DNA of 64,000 nt from Octopus vulgaris (lineage: Eukaryota), in NCBI GenBank assembly GCA_951406725.2, contig OX597816.1, positions 53,258,001 through 53,322,000 of the forward strand, in the 5' to 3' direction. The position numbers were made by a program, and so were the translations under genes. The notes below the pieces were generated by a model. That model made no database searches, was not told the origin of the DNA, and worked only from the letters and a program-made list of their open reading frames with translations. Shown piece by piece: positions 39,574 through 52,745 of this stretch (position 1 is the stretch's first letter; every line of letters begins with the position of its first letter).

Positions 39574-40709
39574 CATACAAAATTGGAAGTTAAATTATTG
39601 ATGATGAAGATGATTGTCCAGAATTGTGGGAGATTATGAGTTATCAAATCATGATCTTTATTATAACTGACTGTATTTTTACTCAGCAAAATAACCAAAT
39701 TTAAGTAAGTGAGGAAGGTTTTATATGGTTACTCAACATGCCAAAAATAGGTCAAATTATCCTCAACTAACATTCTGCAGTCTTATAAACAAAAAGACAT
39801 ATGGAACTAAATTAGTCATGGATGTACAATGTTACAAAAAGAGGCAAGAAGGATTATAAAGACCAACCTGGAGCTAAGCAACAACTGTCTGGATAAGAAT
39901 TAGACAGAGATAATTATAGAGAGAAGAACAAATAAAGGTGATCAGAAACTTCAATAATAACTGGAAAATGGACATGAAACTCTTCATTCATTAGTTTTTT
40001 TCCTCATTTGATTAGTTTAACCGATATTTTATTCATCCTCTGATTAGCAACATTAAAAACCTGCAAATTGCACCAAATTTCTTTTACATCACAAGTGAAT
40101 ACCTTCAATTAGCTGCAGTAATAATTCTGTCATTTCAGAGGAATTATTAATGCTGTAAAGAAATGTTCTCTTTGTATAAAGTCAATTTACGAATTGTGTT
40201 AAAAGTATGAAGCAACTGATAACAAGAGAGAAAACTATAGCAATAGTGAAACATCATTGAAGAGACTGAAGCCTGGAGATTGGCAACTAGAGGAGAAAAA
40301 TATTTGAGTGTGATTTCTTGGCTATTTAATTTAAAATTAGTACGATAGAAATAACTATTCTCACATCTTAGATAGTGGAGATAAAAATATAACTGCTTTG
40401 TTATAAAACAGTATCATTACAAATTTGAGATAGATTCATTACAAATGAATGAGTAATTATGAGTCTTATTAGGCAGGTTGGTACTATAGCACCATGAAAA
40501 TTTCTAGATGGTACTGGTAATTTTAGATTTTAGGAGTTTGGTGGGCCTCTCAAGACACAAAAAATATATAGCAAAAATCATTATTATATGTATAAATGTT
40601 CTTGGCATGTAACTGGAATTAAGTTAAACGTCCATACAAAGGTTAAATGTAAAAAAAAAACTGACCCATTGTACATAAATGTACCATGGAAATAGTCATA
40701 AATATATAT

Positions 40710-40933
40710 TTCTTTATTACCCACAAGGGGCTAAACACAGAGAGGACAAACAAGGACAGACAAACGGATTAAGTCGATTATATCGACCCCAGTGCATAAC
40801 TGGTACTTATTTAATCGACCCCGAAAGGATGAAAGGCAAAGTCGACCTCGGCAGAATTTGAACTCAGAACGTAGCAACAGACGAAATATTGCTGAGCATT
40901 TCGCCCAGTTGCTAACATTTCTGCCAGCTCGCC
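40710..40933 (-). mobile_element. SINE family B
   Basis: Full-length, with TSD TCATAAATATAT. Confidence 0.85.
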
Positions 40934-41462
40934 ATTCATAAATATATGAATGTTAATATTATACACCATCACCATCATCATTTTAACATCCACTTTTCTA
41001 TGCATGCATGGGTCAGAAGGAGTTTATTCAAACAGAATTCTATGGTTAGATGCTCTTTCTGTCACTGACCCTTACTTATTTCCAAGCAATGTAATATTTG
41101 CCTATGATCAAACATATTTTTGTAGAATTTTGAAAATGAATGATATTGATTTACAACAATCAATATCTGTACAAATAGATGCACACACATACATACATTT
41201 AAACACACATATAGATGCTACAGAAGACACTTGACCATGGTGTCATGTGATTGGGAAGCAAACCTGAAACTATGTAGTTGGGATGTTAAACATAAAAACT
41301 GACAAATTAGCAGCAGGGCTACCATAGAGCTTGTAGCAAATGTACGAAAAGCTTACGCCAAAATATACCAAATCAAGTAAAATATGTAAAATCTTTTAAT
41401 AATTCATCAGACCTGCCTCAAATTTTAATCAAACATGCTTCAGGTAAGAGGATAAAGAAATA

Positions 41463-41680
41463 ACTCTTTACTTTTTTACTTGCTTAAGTCATTTGACTGC
41501 GCCCATGCTGGAGCACCACCTTTAGTCAAGCAAATTGACACCAGGACTTATTCTTTATAAGCCTAGTACTTATTTTATCAGTCTCTTTTGCTGAACCGCT
41601 AAGTTACGGGGACGTAAACACACCAGCATCGGTTGTCAAGCAATGCTAGGGGGACAAACACAGACACGCAAACACACACA

Positions 41681-41717
<37 letters not shown>

Positions 41718-41873
41718 CGGGCTTCTTTCAGTTTCCATCTACCAAATCCACTCACAAGGCTTTGGTTGGCCCGAGGCTACAGTAGAAGACACTTGCCCGA
41801 GGTGCCACACAGCGGGAAGGAACCCGGAACCATGTGGTTGGTAAGCAAGCTACTTACCACACAGCCACTCCTA
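41463..41873 (-). mobile_element. SINE family A
   Basis: Full-length reverse copy. Confidence 0.85.
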
Positions 41874-42112
41874 TGCAAACATTTTTATCCTCTAGTTGCC
41901 AACCTCCAGTTTCCATTCTCTCTGGTGTTGTTTCTCTGTCACCATATTTCTCTTGTAATATTTGCTTCACACTTTAATCCATGCAACATAATTTTGAATT
42001 TTATACAGAGAAGATATTTCTTAACAGCATTAATAATTCTTCAATAAATGTAATTATTACTGCAACGGAACAAGGGGCACCAGCTCCCCCTCCACTCTCT
42101 TTTATAAATCTT

Positions 42113-43884
42113 GCAATAGGGTACTTTGGCTCAGGCTAGTCCGGCAGAACAGCACGGCTACAATTATCTCTGCCTATGCCCCACAAGCGGGGCTGCCAAA
42201 TGATCAGAAGGACCATTTTTATGATACCCTTCGACAGGCGAACTCAAAGACAAATGGCAATGACCTCATCCTTGTGGCTGGAGATTTTAATGGGCATGTT
42301 GGGCAGAAATCTGTATCTTCACTGGTGTGAAATCTGGTATCTTCACTGGGTCATGGTATTGGTTCCCAGAACGATGAGGGGAACTAGGCTACTGGAGTTC
42401 TGTGATGCATGTAACCTTTTAATCTGCAACACTAACTTCAGAAAGCCAGGCAGCCACCTGATATCAATCAGGGGACTCTGCTAGCCAGATTGATTTCATC
42501 CTCACCAGACAGTGGGACGTAGGGTTGCTCTTAAATACAATGACCCTCCCAGGTGAGGAATGCACCCCCCAGCATAGACTAGTCATTAGTGACTTTTGAC
42601 TCGAGACCAGGAGGATACCAAGAAGCAGACCAATCCAGAAGAGAAGGATTTAAAAGCTAAAGAACCCTTCACATGGTCAGAGATTTAGGGACATCCTCAT
42701 CAGGAAATTTAATGAGAGGGAGGAGGAACTACAGTCCTCAGACATAGAAGGTAGCTGGAAATTCTTATAGGACAGCTTACTGAGTGCCACAGACCAAGTT
42801 TGCAGATGGTGCAAAGTCCCTTCCAGACCTAGAGTAACGTGGTGGTGGAATAATACGGTAGACAAAGCCATCAAAGCAAAGAAACAGGCCTGGAAAGCCT
42901 GGAAGGGTGGGGGTAGCAGGGAACCATACCAGATAGCCAAACGGGAGGCTGGGCGACAGGTATACATAGCCAAGGGTGAAGCAAAAAAGAAGTTTGCCAA
43001 TGTCCAGCAACATGAGGACCAAAGAACTGAAGTATTCTGGATTGCAAAACAGTGTGTGAGAGAAAATTGTGATGTCACAGGAGAGAAATGTGTCTGCATG
43101 GATGATGGTGCACTTGCTTTTAATGATTCGGAAAAGAAAGAGGTTTGGAGGAGCCATTATGAAAGACTGCTGAATGTGGAGAATGAATGGGAATGCCAAA
43201 TGTTGACCCAGTAGAGGGACCAGCTATCCAAATAGACAGCACCCTGGTAGATAAAGCAATTAAGGATATGAAGGAAAAGCCCCCAGCCCATCAGGAATCA
43301 CTGCAGAGATGCTTAAAACATCTGGTGGTGTAGGCTATGGCCTAGTCACCTGTATTGTAAACCAGGTAGTTCATGATGGAGTCATACCCAATGACTGGCG
43401 TAGCAGCACCATAGTCAACTGCTATAAAGGTAAAGGTGATGTTCTAGATAGAAATAACTACAGGGGTATCAAACTGCTGGATCAGGTGATGAAGGTCACA
43501 GAGAGGGTCATAGCCTAACTAATTAGGGAGAGAGTCTGCTTAGATGAAATGCAGTTTCATTTTGTGCCAGGTAGAAGCACCACTGATGCAGTATTCCTGG
43601 TTAGCAACTGCAGGGAAAATACCTAGCCAATGATAAACCCCTATATTTGGCTTTTGTGGACCTGGAGAAAGCCGCTTTGACTGGCTTCTGTGTCGGGGTA
43701 CATAAAAAAGCACCCACTACACTCTCAGAGTGGTTGGTGTTAGGAAAGGCATCAAGCTGTAGTAACACTGCCAGGTCAGACAGGGGCCTGGTGCAGCCTC
43801 CTGGCTTCCCAGCCCCAGTTGAACCATCCAACCCATGCCAGCATGGAAAACAGACGCTAAATGATGATGACGATGATGATGATG
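42113..43884 (+). mobile_element. RTE-clade LINE pseudogene: APE endonuclease plus N-terminal RT, internally deleted and joined to the 3'UTR
   Basis: IISAYAPQ, VAGDFNGHVG, LLEFC..NTNF, QIDFIL, TWWWN, YKGKGD..NYRGIKLL, GRSTTDA and AFVDLEKA, then a jump at about 43673 into the 3'UTR and (GAT)n tail. Stops and frameshifts throughout. Confidence 0.92.
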
Positions 43885-44263
43885 CTCTGATTATTAGGTA
43901 GCCCGGTAAAAAAAACGGAAAGGATTAAAGGAATTTAAGAAAGAAATGATTTGTTGAAATAATGAAAAAAAATTAGCTTGGATGATATTAGATCGTGAAC
44001 AGGAAAATAAGTTTTGCATTTTTATTTTGGTGCATTTTACACCCAAATAAACTTAATCAGTTGCTTGGTTCAACAACACTTCTTAGCCATTGGATGCCTT
44101 TAATGGAATACAATTAGTTGCAAGTATCTGAAGCCATATCTCATCAGATAATAATCAAGAATATTAATTCAATCATTTATCTTAACAAGCATGGAAGATG
44201 ACGTTGGAAATGTTTCCGTTATTTGAGACCTCATCAGCAAAGCGTAGATTTCACTGTACTTGC

Positions 44264-44295
<32 letters not shown>

Positions 44296-44459
44296 AAGGT
44301 GCAGGCATGGCTGTGTGGTAAGTAGCTTACTTCCCAACCACATGGTTCCGGGTTCAGTCCCACTGCATAGCACCTTGGGCAAGTATCTTCAACTATAGCC
44401 TCGGGCCAACCAAAGACTTGTGAATGGATTTGGTGGATGGAAACTGAAAAAAGCCTGTC

Positions 44460-44493
<34 letters not shown>

Positions 44494-45471
44494 ATCTGTG
44501 TTTGTTTTCCCCACCATAGCTTGACAACCAACGTTAGTGTGTTTACATCCCCGTAACTTAACTGTTCAGCAAAAGAGACCGATAGAATAGGTATTAGATT
44601 TACAAAGAATAAGTCCTGGGGTCAATTCGTTTGACTAAAGGCAGTGCTCCAGCATGGCTGCAGTCAAATGACTGAAACAAGTAAAAAAATAAAAGAATAC
44701 ACACACACACACACATACACAGGTATATATTGTAACATAAGGTTGACTAGTGCTTTGATGATAGTGACCTTTGATTTTAAATAATTACCTCATTACTTTA
44801 ACATCCACTTTCCATGCTTGCATGGGAAAGACAGAATTCTCTGAAGCAGATTTTCTACAGCCAGATGCTATTCCTGTTTGCCAACTCTCACCTGTTTCCA
44901 AGCAAGATAACGTTTCCTCATAATTAGACATTTTTGACATCGCTTGTATGATGGCAAAATTTACTTACCACTATTGCCTAAGAGTTGTACAGAAGCAACA
45001 AACACACAAACATTCACAATCAAACTGTTACACATATACTATTACATACACATACACATATACATACATATAAATTCATGTGACAGGCTTCTTTCAGATA
45101 TATATAGATACATCTTGTGAACTGCAAAATTGCTGCTTAAACCTTATAATTCTTGAGGCTTCAAATATCATGCTGTTATAGGAAGAAAATGACAAATGGA
45201 CAAAGCTCTAAGGATTCTTTACATTTCAGCAACAGCAACATTATTGCATACATGCAGTTATATTTGGCAGTTATAGCAGATTTGTTGACATTTTTATTAT
45301 ATATATAGAGGCACAGGAGTGGCTGTGTGGTAGGTAGCTTGCTTACCAACCACATGGTTCCGGGTTCAGTCCCACTGCGTGGCATCTTGGGCAAGTGTCT
45401 TCTGCTATAGCCTTGGGCTGAACAATGCCTTGCGAGTGGATTTGGTAGACGGAAACTGAAAGAAGCCTGTC

Positions 45472-45521
<50 letters not shown>

Positions 45522-45797
45522 ATATGTCTGTGTTTGTCCCCCTAGCATTGCTTGACAACCGATGCTGGTGTGTTTACGTCCCCAGCAAAAGAGACCGATA
45601 GAATAAGTACTGGGCTTACAAAGAATAAGTCTCGGGGATGATTTGCTCGACTAAACTCGGTGCTCCAGCATGGCCGCAGTCAAATGACTGAAACAAGTAA
45701 AAGAGTAAAAGAGTATATATATATATATATATATATATTTCGATTTTGGATTTGGTTTGCAAGATTCTTTATATGAGTTCGTGTGTTGAAGCATTTT

Positions 45798-45868
45798 CTG
45801 TTGTGTCTGGGGAGAGTCATTTACTTTTTGTGTCTTATAATGGAAATGACTCTCCCCAGACACAACAG
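45798..45868. repeat. Perfect 25-bp inverted repeat between (TA)n tracts
   Basis: CTGTTGTGTCTGGGGAGAGTCATTT (45798-45822) / AAATGACTCTCCCCAGACACAACAG (45844-45868). Confidence 0.9.
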
Positions 45869-45902
<34 letters not shown>

Positions 45903-47514
45903 TACACAGATGAGAAAGGTACTCAACACAACAGCTGCAGGAGAATTTCTGCAGCGAAGGTCTTGGCACATAAAAAGCACCAACCGATTGTAGCCATTGT
46001 CAGCCTCCTCTGGCCCCTGTACTGGTGGCACGTAAAAAGCACCCACTACACTCATAGAGTGGTTGGCGTTAGGAAGGGCATCCAGCTGTAGAAACACTGC
46101 CAGATCAGACCGGAACCAGGTGCAGCCTCCTGGCTTCCCAAACCCCGGTCAAAGTATCTAACTGTCTAACCCATGCTAGCATGGGAAACGGACGTTAAAT
46201 GAGGATGATGATAATGATGATGATCACAATACTTCTTCCTTTTTTTCCTCCTCCTTCTCCTCATTGTAATATTTATAAGTGAATTTGAATTCACAACCAA
46301 GTAGTAACAAAAAAACTGCATAAAACTCAAAATTAGATTTAATAACCAAAAGTAATGACAAAACCAGCAATCATAAACACACATTTCAAAATCAAATTTA
46401 ATGAAAGAAAACATATCTATTAAAAGCCTTGAAGCTATCTTCACAAAATGGCAAAACTTCTGTTCATAAGACTTGTTAAAATCAAATGACCCAACTGGAG
46501 CAAATACATGAAATTAATCTCAATGTCATTTATAATGACCAAACACTAAATTAATATAAAAATACAATAAAACCAATATTACCAAAGTACTTAGGCACCT
46601 AATTGCCTTAATATAACGACAGCTCAAGAGTGCAACTAATGAATATTTAAGAGAGGTTAGTTAGTCAGCAAAATTAATGAAATTTTAGCAAGAATTTGAC
46701 GAAATATTTGATGGAGATGAGCTTTCAGTGATCAGAATTATTCTAGTCTGACTAACATTGCATTTTTAGGTTTTTGTCTTAATTTTTTATATTGATTTGC
46801 TTCTCATAGCTATAAGAGAAATTAATCATAAACTAAGGAAATTGTTGAAATTTCATAAAAACTAGAATTAATTTATAAATAATATCTCTTTTACTCTTTT
46901 ACTTGTTTCAGTCATTTGACTGTGGCCATGCTGGAGCACCACCTTTAATCGTGCAACTCAACCCCGGGACTTATTCATTGTAAGCCCAGTACTTATTCTA
47001 TCGGTCTCTTTTGCCGAACCGCTAAGTGATGGGGACGTAAACACACCAGCATCGGTTGTCAAGCAATGCTAGGGGGACAAACACAAACATACACGCACAC
47101 TCAAATATATATAGACATATATACGACCGGCTTCTTTCAGTTTCCATCTACAAAATCCACTCACAAGGCTTTGGTTGACCCAAGGCTATAGTAGAAGACA
47201 TTTGCCCAAGGTGCCATGCAGTGGGACTGAACCCGGAACCATGTGGTTGGTAAACAAGCTACTTACCACATTGCCACTCCTGCACCTATATTAACTTTTT
47301 TTTTGACAGGCAATGTTTTTATGTCCAAGGAAATAGCTAAGGATGTACACAATATAGATGTAGACATGGCTGTGTGGTGTAAAGTTTGCTTCCCAGCCAC
47401 ATGGTTTCGGGTTCAGTCCCACCACATGGGACATTGGGTAAATGTCCTTCAAGGAAATTAACTTGTTTGTCAAGGAACCAGCAATATACATACAGTTCTT
47501 AATTTTATAGTGAA

Positions 47515-47687
47515 ACTAGCAGTATCGCCTAGCGTTGCTCGACTTTGTTTTGACCCTTTAGAATTGAAATTTTTAAAAAGTAAAAATTTTGCATTATGTA
47601 GCTTGTTATTCTCTTTAAGTGAACATTTTTCTTGTTGAAATACACCGAAAAATGGTACACAGCAGTCAAAAAATCGTAAAAAAAGAG
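47515..47687 (-). mobile_element. Helitron 3'-end fragment
   Basis: Minus strand ends ...CGAGCAACGCTAGGCGATACTGCTAG|T, a typical Helitron 3' terminus. Confidence 0.55.
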
Positions 47688-48535
47688 GCGTTAGGAAGGG
47701 CATCCAGCTGTAGAAACATTGCCAGATAAGACTGGAGCCTGGTGCAGCCTTCTGGCTTCCCAGATCTCCGGTCGAACCGTCCAACCCATGCTGGCATGGA
47801 GAACGGACGTTAAACGATGATGATGATGATGATGATATATATATATATATATGTGTGTGTATTTATGTGTTTGTGTTTGTCCCCGCAACATCGCATGACA
47901 ACCGATGCTGGTGTGTTTACGTCCCCTTAACTTAGCAGTTTGACAAAAGTGACCGATAGAATAATACTAGGCTTACAAGGAATAAGTCCTGGGGTCAATT
48001 TGCTCGACTAAATGTGGTGCTCCAGCGTGGCCACAGTCAAATGACTGAAACAAGTAAAAGAGTAAAAGAGATGAAAAAAAGAGGAAAAGCTTATAGATTC
48101 TAAGCTTATAGATTCATAAGGCCAGCTTCCTGTATTATGTGGTGTATATACTCCACCTGGGACTGGACACTGGTCTGTCACATGATTACACATTTTTGCT
48201 ATAATCATGACATGAAAAACCTAACCACTAAGCCATATGTCTTTGCTGTCCATACAAGGTGACACAAACATATACACACACACACACACACACAGAGAAA
48301 GGGCTTCTTTTAGTTTCTCTCTTTTACTCTCTTTTACTCTTTTACTAGTTTCAGTCATTTGACTGTGGCCATGCTGGAGCACCGCGTTTAGTTGAGCAAA
48401 TTGACCCCAGGACTTATTCTTTGTAAGCCTAGTACTTATTTTATCGGCTTTTTTTTGCCGAACCACTAAGTTAAAGGGACATAAACACACCAGCATCAGT
48501 TGTCAAGCGATTTTGGGGGGACAAACACAGACACA

Positions 48536-48613
<78 letters not shown>

Positions 48614-48898
48614 TGACGGGCTTCTTTCAGTTTCTGTCTACCAAATCCACTCACAAGGCTTTGGTCAGCCAGAGACTAAAGTAGAAGACACTTGCCCAAG
48701 GTGTCACACAGTGAGACTGAACCTGGAACCGTGTGGTTAGTAAGCAAGCTACTTATCACACAGCCACTCTGACACCTTTTGTTTATAAAATTTACTCACA
48801 AAGCTTAGATCACCCCAAGACTATAGAAGAAATTTGTCCAAGATGCCTCACAGTGGAGCTGAATCCGAAACCAGACTGTCAGGAAGTGAATTTCTCAA

Positions 48899-48958
<60 letters not shown>

Positions 48959-48959
48959 A

Positions 48960-49262
48960 TTGACAGTCAGCCTTCATCTCGTTGTCAGCTTGGACATGCA
49001 TGTTCCAGATGACAGAAGCCAGTTAATTGTCATGTAACATGTTTAATTCTTATTTACATCACTTCTCATTTATTTTCACATCTAAGTGTTGGTACATTGC
49101 CCAGTAGGTAGAATTAGCTGCTGCCAACTCTCTCATGTCTGCGAATATACTCAAACTTGGCAAAGACTGGGCTGCTGGAAATCATGCGGTCACTTACTTC
49201 CTTGTACTGGTTCTGCACTCTCTACACTCAGCATCAGTTCTTTTCAATTATTGTATTTTTGT
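48960..49262 (-). mobile_element. Degraded R4/Dong-like zinc-knuckle/RLE fragment
   Basis: CREC..DRMISSSPVFAKFEYIRRHERVG and SVIWNMHVQADNEMKA, resembling ILWDxxIxTDxxIxANRPD. Confidence 0.65.
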
Positions 49263-50148
49263 AATAAGGTAGGCGTAGGAGTGGCTGTGTAGTAAGTAGA
49301 TTGCTTACCAACCACATGGTTCCGGGTTCAGTCCCACTGCATGGCACTTTGGGCAAGTGTCTTCTACTTTAGCCTCGGGCCGACCAAAGCCTTGTGAGTG
49401 GATTTGGTAGACGGAAACTGAAAGAAGCCCGTCATATATGTGTATATATATACATATGTGTGTGTGTGTGTATGTGTTTGTGTGTCTGTGTTTGTTGCCC
49501 CAACATTGCTTGACAACCGATGCTGGTGTGTTTACGTCCCCATAACTTAGCGGTTCAGCAAAAGAGACCGACAGAATAAGTACTAGGCTTACAAAGAATA
49601 AGTCCTGGGGTCAATTTTCTCGACTAAAGGTGGTGCTCTAGCATGGCCACGGTCAAATGATTGAAACAAGTAGAAGAGTAAAAGAGGTGCCAAGCTGGCA
49701 GAATCGTTAGCATGCCAAGCAAAGCGCTTCATGTCATTTCGTCTGTCTTTAGGTTCTGAGCTCAAATTCTACTGATATCTACTTTGCCTTTTATCCTCTT
49801 GGGGAAGATAAAATAAATGTCAGTTGATCTCTGAGGTCGGTGTAATTGACTTAACCCCTCCCTCAAAAATGCTGGCCTTGTGCCAAAATCTGAAACCATT
49901 ATTATGATCATATAAGGTGGACACCTGGCAGAATTGTTAGTGCATGGGATGAAATGCTTAGTAGTATTTCACCTGTTGCTACACTGTGAGTTCAAATTCT
50001 GCCAAGGTCGAAATTACCTTTCAGGGTTGATAAATTAAGTACCAGTGAAATACTGGGGGTGTGATATAATCAACTAGTCCCTGTCCAACAAATTTGAGGC
50101 CTTGTGCCTCCAGTAGAAATGATGATGATTATTTTTATTATTATTATT

Positions 50149-50449
50149 CTATGTTTGACTTTTGCTTTATATTTGTACAAGTTGGCTCCAAGTCTCACCC
50201 AGAGACCTCAAGAGACAACAGGTTGGACGTTCATGTTGTTGTTATGCCTAGTGTGCCATATATTTAGTTTTGTATTTAGTGTTGTACTAGTGAATGTCTA
50301 AAAAAAAATTATGTTTGTTTTAAAACTTGAGATTACATAGAAAGTATTTTGCGTAGGATATGAGCAGTTCCCATGAGCACTATCTTTTGAATTTCTGCCA
50401 TTTTGGGGTTTCCTGGTGTCTGAGTTAGGTAGCAATCAGCCCCTTTTGC

Positions 50450-50450
<1 letters not shown>
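50149..50450 (-). mobile_element. R4/Dong-like 3' end inserted in (TAA)n
   Basis: AKGADCYLTQTPGNPKMAEIQKIVLMGTAHILRKILSM*. Both ends abut TAA repeats. Confidence 0.8.
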
Positions 50451-50496
<46 letters not shown>

Positions 50497-50503
50497 TATT
50501 ATT

Positions 50504-50537
<34 letters not shown>

Positions 50538-51651
50538 CTTAGGTGGCAAGCTGGCACAACCGTTAGCATGCTAAGCAGCATTTTGTCAGTCTTTATGTTC
50601 TCAGTTCAAATACAACTAAGGTCAACTTTGCATTTTATCCTTTCAACGTTGATAAAATAAGTACCAGACAAGCACTGGGGTTGCTGTAATTGACTTACCC
50701 CATCCTCCAAAATTGCTGGCCTTGTGACAAAATATTATGGTGGAGAATTGGCTAAATTTTTAGATTGTTGGTTAGAATACTTCATAGTATTTGTTTGAGC
50801 TCTCAGCACTTAGAATCCAAATATTGCTGCCATCAGCTTTGCCTTTCAAGCTTTCGAGTCAGGTCAGTTGTGGAAGGCAAGTGTCATTGCAGCATGTCAC
50901 TGCATCCAATATCTCCTAATGGATGACACCTTTGCATCACTTAGGCAACAATCCCCACAACCCAGCCTGTCCTCCAGCATTATCCCCATTTGGCAGATGG
51001 GGTAAGGCTGACAACTTCATCCCATCGCTTGAACTCAGAATGTAGAGACAGGTGTAGGAGTGGCTGTGTGGTATGTAGCTTGTTTACCGACCACATGGTT
51101 CTGGGTTCAGTCCCACTGCGTGGCACCTTGGGCAAGTGTCTTCTACGATAGCCTCGGGTCAACCAAAGCCTTGTGAATGGATTTCGTAGACAGAAACTGA
51201 AAGAAGCCCGTCGTATATATGTCTTTTAGGCAGTTGAGGTGCTACCCCAGAGAAGAGAACTTGATAGGTCTGTTTGGGTAGTGTTTGCTTGGGAGGGTTT
51301 TTCAAGGTTAGATTGCAAATCCTAACCTCAACCTCTTTTAGTCACCTTTTACAACACTCAGAGGAAATGTTGGTTCTATTTTTTGGCATGCTGCTCCTCA
51401 CAGTGTTGATAAAAAAATTAACAATCCAAAGAAGTAGATTGGTGAAAGTACTACAGCTTCAGATGTTCCATGCATTCTAAGAGATATACCTGCATTAGCA
51501 CTGGTGCCCCACATTGGACAATAATAGTTGCACAGAGAGGGGTACTTGCATATATGAGTAACTGCTGGTCTTCCAGAAAAATAAAATACCTTGCACATAT
51601 AGGTACAAACCATAGGCAGACCTTGGTCAATAGCAGCCATAGAATCATAGT

Positions 51652-52260
51652 TCATCATCATCATCATCGTTTAACGTCTGTTTTCCAAGTTAGCATGGGT
51701 TGGACAGTTCCACCAGGGTCTGGGAAGCCAGGAGGTTGCACCAGGCTCCAATCTGATCTGGCAGTGTTTCTACAGTTGGATGCCCTTCCTAACACCAGCC
51801 ACTCCGTGAGTGTAGTGGGTACTTTTTACGTGCCACTGACACAAGGGCCAGAGGAGGCTGGCAAACGGCCATCATTGGTTGGTGCTTTTTATGTGTCACC
51901 GGCACGGACACCAGTCCAAGGTGGCGCTGGCATCAGCCACATTCGGATGGTACTTTTTACATGCCACCAGCATGAGTATCATAACTACATTTTCCATTTG
52001 ATTTTTATTTTGATGTTGGTGTACTTGACTCAGTAGGTATCCTCAAGCACAGCAGGTCACCTTACAATCCAAAGTTAGCACAGCAGGCCGTCCTGCGAGC
52101 CATGAACTCATTTCATTTGTTGGGTCTTCACAGTCACACCATATCTCAGAGGTCTCGGTCTTTCGTCATTGCCTCTGTGAGGCCCAACGTGCCACTGGCA
52201 CAGGTATCACAGCTACAATATCCATTTGATTTTTATTTTGATGTTGATGTACTTGACATT
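51652..52260 (-). mobile_element. RTE 3' end including the last ORF codons and 3'UTR
   Basis: Minus strand LGLTEAMTKDRDL.. leads into GAAGACCC, the modules and the (GAT)n tail. This shows the module-bearing repeat is a LINE 3'UTR. Confidence 0.7.
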
Positions 52261-52337
52261 ATTGCTGTTAAATAGAGAAGGTAGCAAGCTAGCAGAATCA
52301 TTAACATTCCAGACAAAAAAATGCTTCGATGCATTCT

Positions 52338-52547
52338 CTCTCTTTTACTCGTTTCAGTCATTTGACTGTGGCCATGCTGGAGCACTGCCTTTAGTCGAGC
52401 AAATCGACCCCAGGACTTATTTTTGTAAGCTTAGTACTTATTCTATCGGTTTCTTTTGTCTAACCGCTAAGTTACGGGGACGTAAATACACCAGCATTGG
52501 TTGTCAAGCGATGCTGGAGGGACAAACACAGACACACAAATATATAC

Positions 52548-52579
<32 letters not shown>

Positions 52580-52745
52580 CGATGGGCTTCTTTCAGTTTC
52601 TGTCGACCAAATCCACTCACAAGGCTTTGGGCGACCTGAGGCTATAGTAGAAGATACTTGCCCAAGGTGCCACACAGTGGGACTGAACCCAGAACCATGT
52701 GGTTGGTAAACAAGCTACTTACCACACAGCTACTCCTACGCCTGT
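52338..52745 (-). mobile_element. SINE family A
   Basis: Full-length reverse copy. Confidence 0.85.

Larger units (their letters stand above)
44298..49686. mobile_element. Cluster of SINE family A copies in alternating orientation: 44298-44700(+), 45309-45715(+), 46885-47288(-), 47365-48070(+, disrupted), 48320-48775(-), 49270-49686(+)
   Basis: Family A motifs on both strands. Confidence 0.85.
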
